From a virus (taxonomy: Duplodnaviria > Heunggongvirae > Uroviricota > Caudoviricetes): a DNA stretch of 32,407 nucleotides. This document shows, piece after piece, positions 27,859-32,407 of this stretch. The position numbers and the translations under genes were made by a program. The stretch is from IMG/VR virus record IMGVR_UViG_2579779007_000009, positions 1 to 32,407 of that record; one strand, given 5' to 3'. The stretch's first letter is position 1, and each line of letters opens with the position of its first letter. Below the pieces are notes generated by a model that was not told the origin of the DNA, searched no databases, and worked only from the letters and a program-made list of their open reading frames with translations.

Positions 27859-28010
27859 CGTTTCCGAAAAATCTCTCGGTCGATGACCTGATGGCGGATG
27901 TGGCAGTGATATTTCACTGGCCGCCATCAGAACTGTATCCCATGAGCCTGACCGAACTCATCACATGGCGCGAAAAGGCGCTCCGGCGAAGCGGAAACAC
28001 GAATGAGTAA
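27583..28010 (+). CDS. Tail assembly chaperone E+E' fusion made by programmed -1 frameshift at about 27831-27837
   Basis: Hand translation of the -1 frame after the T-run gives an open extension (...VAVIFHWPPSELYPMSLTELITWREKALRRSGNTNE) ending at a stop overlapping the start of T; matches the known P2 E/E' arrangement. Confidence 0.75.
27831..27837 (+). promoter_or_regulatory. Slippery heptamer TTTTTTG for the E/E' -1 ribosomal frameshift
   Basis: Run of six T followed by G inside the last codons of E; the -1 frame is open downstream to the T start. Confidence 0.7.
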
Positions 28011-30450
28011 CAATGTAAAATTACAGGTATTGCTCAGGGCTGTTGACCAGGCATCCCGCCCGTTTAAATCCATCCGCACAGCGAGCAAGTCGCTGTCGGG
28101 GGATATCCGGGAAACACAAAAATCACTGCGCGAGCTGAACGGTCACGCATCCCGTATTGAGGGATTTCGCAAGACCAGTGCGCAGCTCGCCGTGACTGGT
28201 CATGCACTTGAAAAGGCACGGCAGGAAGCCGAAGCCCTTGCCACACAGTTTAAAAACACCGAACGTCCGACCCGTGCTCAGGCGAAAGTGCTGGAATCCG
28301 CAAAGCGAGCGGCGGAGGACTTACAGGCGAAATATAACCGCCTGACGGATTCCGTTAAACGCCAGCAGCGGGAACTGGCCGCTGTGGGAATTAATACCCG
28401 CAATCTTGCACATGATGAGCAGGGACTGAAAAACCGTATCAGTGAAACCACCGCACAGCTTAACCGTCAGCGCGACGCGCTGGCGCGTGTCAGTGTGCAA
28501 CAGGCAAAACTTAACGCAGTCAAACAGCGTTATCAGGCCGGAAAGGAACTGGCCGGAAATATGGCCTCAGTAGGCGCTGCCGGTGTGGGGATTGCGGCGG
28601 CGGGAACGATGGCCGGAGTTAAGTTGCTGATGCCCGGTTATGAGTTTGCGCAGAAAAACTCAGAATTGCAGGCCGTGCTCGGTGTGGCAAAAGACTCCGC
28701 CGAAATGGCTGCACTACGCAAGCAGGCGCGCCAGCTCGGCGACAATACCGCCGCCTCGGCGGATGATGCAGCCGGTGCGCAGATTATTATCGCGAAAGCC
28801 GGTGGGGATGTTGATGCCATTCAGGCGGCAACGCCGGTCACGCTGAATATGGCGCTGGCGAACCGTCGCACGATGGAAGAAAATGCCGCCCTGCTGATGG
28901 GGATGAAATCCGCCTTTCAGCTTTCAAACGATAAGGTCGCTCATATCGGGGATGTTCTCTCCATGACGATGAACAAAACCGCCGCCGATTTTGACGGCAT
29001 GAGCGATGCGCTGACCTATGCCGCACCTGTGGCAAAAAATGCCGGTGTCAGCATTGAAGAAACCGCCGCAATGGTCGGGGTACTGCATGATGCAAAAATT
29101 ACCGGTTCAATGGCGGGGACGGGAAGCCGTGCCGTGTTAAGCCGCCTGCAGGCACCGACGGGAAAAGCATGGGATGCACTCAAAGAGCTTGGCGTTAAAA
29201 CCTCGGACAAAAAGGGAAATATGCGTCCGTTGTTCACCATTCTGAAAGAAATGCAGGCCAGTTTTGAGAAAAACCGGCTCGGTACTGCCCAGCAGGCCGA
29301 ATACATGAAAACCATTTTCGGGGAGGAGGCCAGCTCAGCCGCCGCTGTGCTGATGACTGCCGCGTCAACCGGAAAGCTGGACAAACTGACCGCTGCGTTT
29401 AAAGCCTCAGACGGAAAGACCGCAGAACTGGTAAATATCATGCAGGACAACCTTGGCGGTGACTTTAAGGAGTTTCAGTCCGCTTATGAGGCGGTGGGGA
29501 CTGACCTGTTTGACCAGCAGGAAGGCGCACTGCGTAAGCTCACTCAGACGGCCACAAAGTATGTGTTAAAACTCGACGGCTGGATCCAGAAAAACAAATC
29601 ACTGGCGTCAACCATCGGCCTCATTGTCGGTGGCGCGCTGGCGCTTACTGGCATCATCGGTGCCATTGGTCTTGTAGCCTGGCCGGTTATCACCGGCATC
29701 AATGCCATTATCGCGGCAGCAGGCGCAATGGGGGCAATCTTCACGACGGTTGGTAGTGCTGTTATGACGGCCATCGGGGCGATTAGCTGGCCGGTTGTGG
29801 CCGTGGTGGCCGCCATTGTCGCCGGGGCGTTGCTTATCCGTAAATACTGGGAGCCTGTCAGCGCATTCTTTGGCGGTGTGGTGGAAGGGCTGAAAGCGGC
29901 ATTTGCGCCGGTGGGGGAACTGTTCACGCCACTTAAACCGGTGTTTGACTGGCTGGGTGAAAAGTTACAGGCCGCGTGGCAGTGGTTTAAAAACCTGATT
30001 GCCCCGGTCAAAGCCACCCAGGACACCCTGAACCGTTGCCGTGACACGGGCGTCATGTTCGGGCAGGCACTGGCTGACGCGCTGATGCTGCCGCTTAATG
30101 CGTTCAACAAACTGCGCAGTGGTATTGACTGGGTACTGGAAAAACTCGGTGTCATCAACAAAGAGTCAGACACACTTGACCAGACCGCCGCAAGGACTAA
30201 TGCCGCCACGTATGGCACCGGTGGTTATATTCCGGCGACCAGCTCTTATGCAGGCTATCAGGCTTATCAGCCGGTCACGGCACCGGCTGGCCGCTCTTAT
30301 GTGGACCAGAGTAAAAACGAATATCACATCAGCCTGACCGGTGGTACTGCGCCGGGGACACAGCTTGACCGCCAGTTACAGGATGCGCTCGAAAAATACG
30401 AGCGGGATAAACGTGCGCGCGCCCGTGCCAGCATGATGCATGACGGTTAA
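28003..30450 (+). CDS. T: Tail tape measure protein T, 815 aa
   Basis: Long ORF with a coiled-coil N-terminal region and Gly/Ala-rich hydrophobic segments; position after E/E'. Confidence 0.92.
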   Translation: MSNNVKLQVLLRAVDQASRPFKSIRTASKSLSGDIRETQKSLRELNGHASRIEGFRKTSAQLAVTGHALEKARQEAEALATQFKNTERPTRAQAKVLESAKRAAEDLQAKYNRLTDSVKRQQRELAAVGINTRNLAHDEQGLKNRISETTAQLNRQRDALARVSVQQAKLNAVKQRYQAGKELAGNMASVGAAGVGIAAAGTMAGVKLLMPGYEFAQKNSELQAVLGVAKDSAEMAALRKQARQLGDNTAASADDAAGAQIIIAKAGGDVDAIQAATPVTLNMALANRRTMEENAALLMGMKSAFQLSNDKVAHIGDVLSMTMNKTAADFDGMSDALTYAAPVAKNAGVSIEETAAMVGVLHDAKITGSMAGTGSRAVLSRLQAPTGKAWDALKELGVKTSDKKGNMRPLFTILKEMQASFEKNRLGTAQQAEYMKTIFGEEASSAAAVLMTAASTGKLDKLTAAFKASDGKTAELVNIMQDNLGGDFKEFQSAYEAVGTDLFDQQEGALRKLTQTATKYVLKLDGWIQKNKSLASTIGLIVGGALALTGIIGAIGLVAWPVITGINAIIAAAGAMGAIFTTVGSAVMTAIGAISWPVVAVVAAIVAGALLIRKYWEPVSAFFGGVVEGLKAAFAPVGELFTPLKPVFDWLGEKLQAAWQWFKNLIAPVKATQDTLNRCRDTGVMFGQALADALMLPLNAFNKLRSGIDWVLEKLGVINKESDTLDQTAARTNAATYGTGGYIPATSSYAGYQAYQPVTAPAGRSYVDQSKNEYHISLTGGTAPGTQLDRQLQDALEKYERDKRARARASMMHDG

Positions 30451-30464
30451 GGAGGTGACGAAAA

Positions 30465-30944
30465 ATGATGCTCGCGTTAGGTATGTTTGTTTTTATGCGC
30501 CAGACGCTGCCACACCAGACCATGCAGCGTGAATCAGATTATCGCTGGCCGTCAAATTCCCGTATCGGTAAACGGGATGCCTACCAGTTTCTCGGTGTGG
30601 GTGAGGAAAACATCACGCTTGCCGGCGTGCTTTATCCCGAACTGACCGGCGGCAAGCTGACGATGACCACGCTCAGGCTGATGGCAGAGGAAGGCCGGGC
30701 GTGGCCGTTGCTGGATGGCACCGGCATGATTTACGGCATGTATGTCATCAGCAGGGTGAATGAAACAGGGAGTATTTTCTTTGCAGACGGCACACCCCGG
30801 AAAATTGATTTTACGCTGTCGCTCACCCGCGTTGATGAATCACTGGCCGCGCTTTATGGCGATATCGGTAAACAGGCGGAATCGCTCATCGGTAAGGCTG
30901 GCAGTATGGCGACTAAATTCACGGGTATGACGGGGGCGGGATAA
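30465..30944 (+). CDS. U: Tail protein U, 159 aa
   Basis: Synteny and size match P2 gpU. Confidence 0.88.
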   Translation: MMLALGMFVFMRQTLPHQTMQRESDYRWPSNSRIGKRDAYQFLGVGEENITLAGVLYPELTGGKLTMTTLRLMAEEGRAWPLLDGTGMIYGMYVISRVNETGSIFFADGTPRKIDFTLSLTRVDESLAALYGDIGKQAESLIGKAGSMATKFTGMTGAG

Positions 30945-32107
30945 TGCTGGATGCGCTGACATTTGATGCAGGCAGTACGCTGACGCCGGATTACATGCTG
31001 ATGCTCGACAGCAGGGATATTACCGGCAATATCAGCGACCGTCTGATGAGCATGACCCTGACGGATAACCGGGGCTTTGAGGCTGACCAGCTTGATATTG
31101 AACTGAACGATGCCGACGGGCAGGTCGGGCTGCCGGTTCGTGGCGCTGTCCTGACGGTGTATATCGGCTGGAAAGGTTTTGCCCTGGTATGCAAAGGGAA
31201 ATTCACCGTTGATGAGGTTGAACACCGGGGCGCGCCGGATGTGGTTACCATCCGCGCCCGGAGTGCAGATTTTCGCGGGACGCTCAATTCCCGCCGTGAA
31301 GGCTCATGGCATGACACCACGCTCGGTGCGATTGTTGAGGCGATAGCCTCCCGTAACAGGCTGGAAGCCAGTGTCGCGCCGTCACTGGACGGAATTAAAA
31401 TCCCGCACATCGACCAGTCGCAGGAGTCTGATGCGAAATTCCTGACCCGCCTTGCTGAACGCAACGGCGGTGAGGTGTCGGTAAAAATGGGAAAACTGCT
31501 GTTTCTCAAAGCGGGGCAGGGGGTGACGGCCAGCGGTAAAAAAATCCCGCAGATTACCATCACCCGCAGCGACGGCGACCGTCATCATTTTGCGATTGCT
31601 GACCGTGGAGCTTACACCGGCGTAACGGCAAAGTGGTTACACACCAAAGACCCGAAGCCGCAAAAGCAGAAGGTAAAACTGAAACGCAAAAAGAAAGAAA
31701 AACACCTGCGCGCACTGGAGCACCCGAAAGCGAAACCGGTCACGCAGAAGAAAGCGCCAAAAGTACCGGAAGCGCGCGAAGGTGAATACATGGCCGGTGA
31801 GGCTGACAACGTTTTTGCCCTGACCACGGTATATGCCACGAAAGCGCAGGCCATGCGCGCCGCTCAGGCGAAGTGGGATAAACTGCAACGGGGCGTAGCG
31901 GAGTTCTCCATCAGCCTGGCTACCGGTCGGGCAGATATTTACACGGAAACACCGGTTAAAGTGTCAGGCTTTAAGCGCGTCATAGACGAGCAGGACTGGA
32001 CAATCACTAAGGTGACACATTTTCTGAATAATAGCGGCTTCACGACGTCCTTGGAGCTTGAGGTCAGGCTTTCTGATGTGGAGTACGAAACAGAAGATGA
32101 TGAGTGA
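30944..32107 (+). CDS. D: Tail protein D (late control gene D), 387 aa
   Basis: Synteny and size match P2 gpD; start overlaps the U stop. Confidence 0.9.
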   Translation: MLDALTFDAGSTLTPDYMLMLDSRDITGNISDRLMSMTLTDNRGFEADQLDIELNDADGQVGLPVRGAVLTVYIGWKGFALVCKGKFTVDEVEHRGAPDVVTIRARSADFRGTLNSRREGSWHDTTLGAIVEAIASRNRLEASVAPSLDGIKIPHIDQSQESDAKFLTRLAERNGGEVSVKMGKLLFLKAGQGVTASGKKIPQITITRSDGDRHHFAIADRGAYTGVTAKWLHTKDPKPQKQKVKLKRKKKEKHLRALEHPKAKPVTQKKAPKVPEAREGEYMAGEADNVFALTTVYATKAQAMRAAQAKWDKLQRGVAEFSISLATGRADIYTETPVKVSGFKRVIDEQDWTITKVTHFLNNSGFTTSLELEVRLSDVEYETEDDE

Positions 32108-32188
32108 TGTTTTGTTTTTATCTGTTTGTTTTATAAGGGTAAATTAACTAAAATGGCACCATCAACAAAACCGGAAGAGGTGCTCGCG

Positions 32189-32407
32189 ATGTTTCATTGT
32201 CCTTTATGCCAGCATGCCGCACATGCGCGTACAAGTCGCTATATCACTGACACGACAAAAGAGCGTTATCACCAGTGTCAGAACGTGAATTGCAGCGCCA
32301 CGTTCATCACTTATGAGTCGGTACAGAGATACATCGTGAAGCCGGGAGAAGTCCACGCCGTGAGGCCGCACCCGTTGCCGTCAGGGCAGCAAATTATGTG
32401 GATGTAA
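32189..32407 (+). CDS. ogr: Late-gene transcriptional activator Ogr (C4 zinc finger), 72 aa
   Basis: MFHCPLCQHAAHARTSRYITDTTKERYHQCQNVNCSATF... matches recalled P2 Ogr; four Cys in CxxC...CxxxxC arrangement; stop at the last three bases of the window. Confidence 0.9.
   Translation: MFHCPLCQHAAHARTSRYITDTTKERYHQCQNVNCSATFITYESVQRYIVKPGEVHAVRPHPLPSGQQIMWM

Larger units (their letters stand above)
1..32407. mobile_element. P2-like temperate myovirus prophage, essentially complete (int to ogr); attachment sites outside the window
   Basis: Colinear P2 gene order (int, C, cox, B, A, cos, Q, P, O, N, M, L, X, Y, K, lysA, lysB, R, S, V, W, J, I, H, G, FI, FII, E, T, U, D, ogr) recognised from ORF translations; window begins at int stop and ends at ogr stop. 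Confidence 0.93.

Noticed and set aside
28064-31563. Antisense ORFs inside T and D (for example 29016..29450, 29544..30218, 30991..31563)
   Set aside because: Same reasoning: embedded in high-confidence tail genes, no ribosome-binding sites, composition-driven.

Overview
The window is an almost complete P2-like (Peduovirus-type) temperate myovirus prophage, read from the stop codon of the integrase gene (position 1) to the stop codon of ogr (position 32407). Gene order follows the integrated P2 map: int and C (minus strand), then cox, B, four small early ORFs and replication gene A; a cargo gene; cos; Q and P (minus strand); then O-N-M-L-X, the lysis genes Y-K-lysA-lysB/lysC, R-S-V-W-J-I-H-G; a second cargo island; and FI-FII-E/E'-T-U-D-ogr. 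attL and attR lie outside the window. Gene names are assigned from recalled similarity to P2 proteins and synteny; no database search was run. Two AT-rich islands sit at the two known variable loci of P2-like phages and are the main candidates for anti-phage cargo: (1) a single 735-aa minus-strand ABC/AAA_13-type ATPase with a CxxC motif between gene A and cos (RloC/PrrC-like); (2) a two-gene operon (308 aa + 385 aa) of unrecognised function between G and FI, flanked by imperfect inverted repeats and ended by an intrinsic terminator. The second is the best candidate for an undescribed system. Other notable features are 132-bp tandem repeats in tail-fibre gene H, an AT-richer distal H/G module, the E/E' -1 frameshift site, and the cos cohesive-end sequence.
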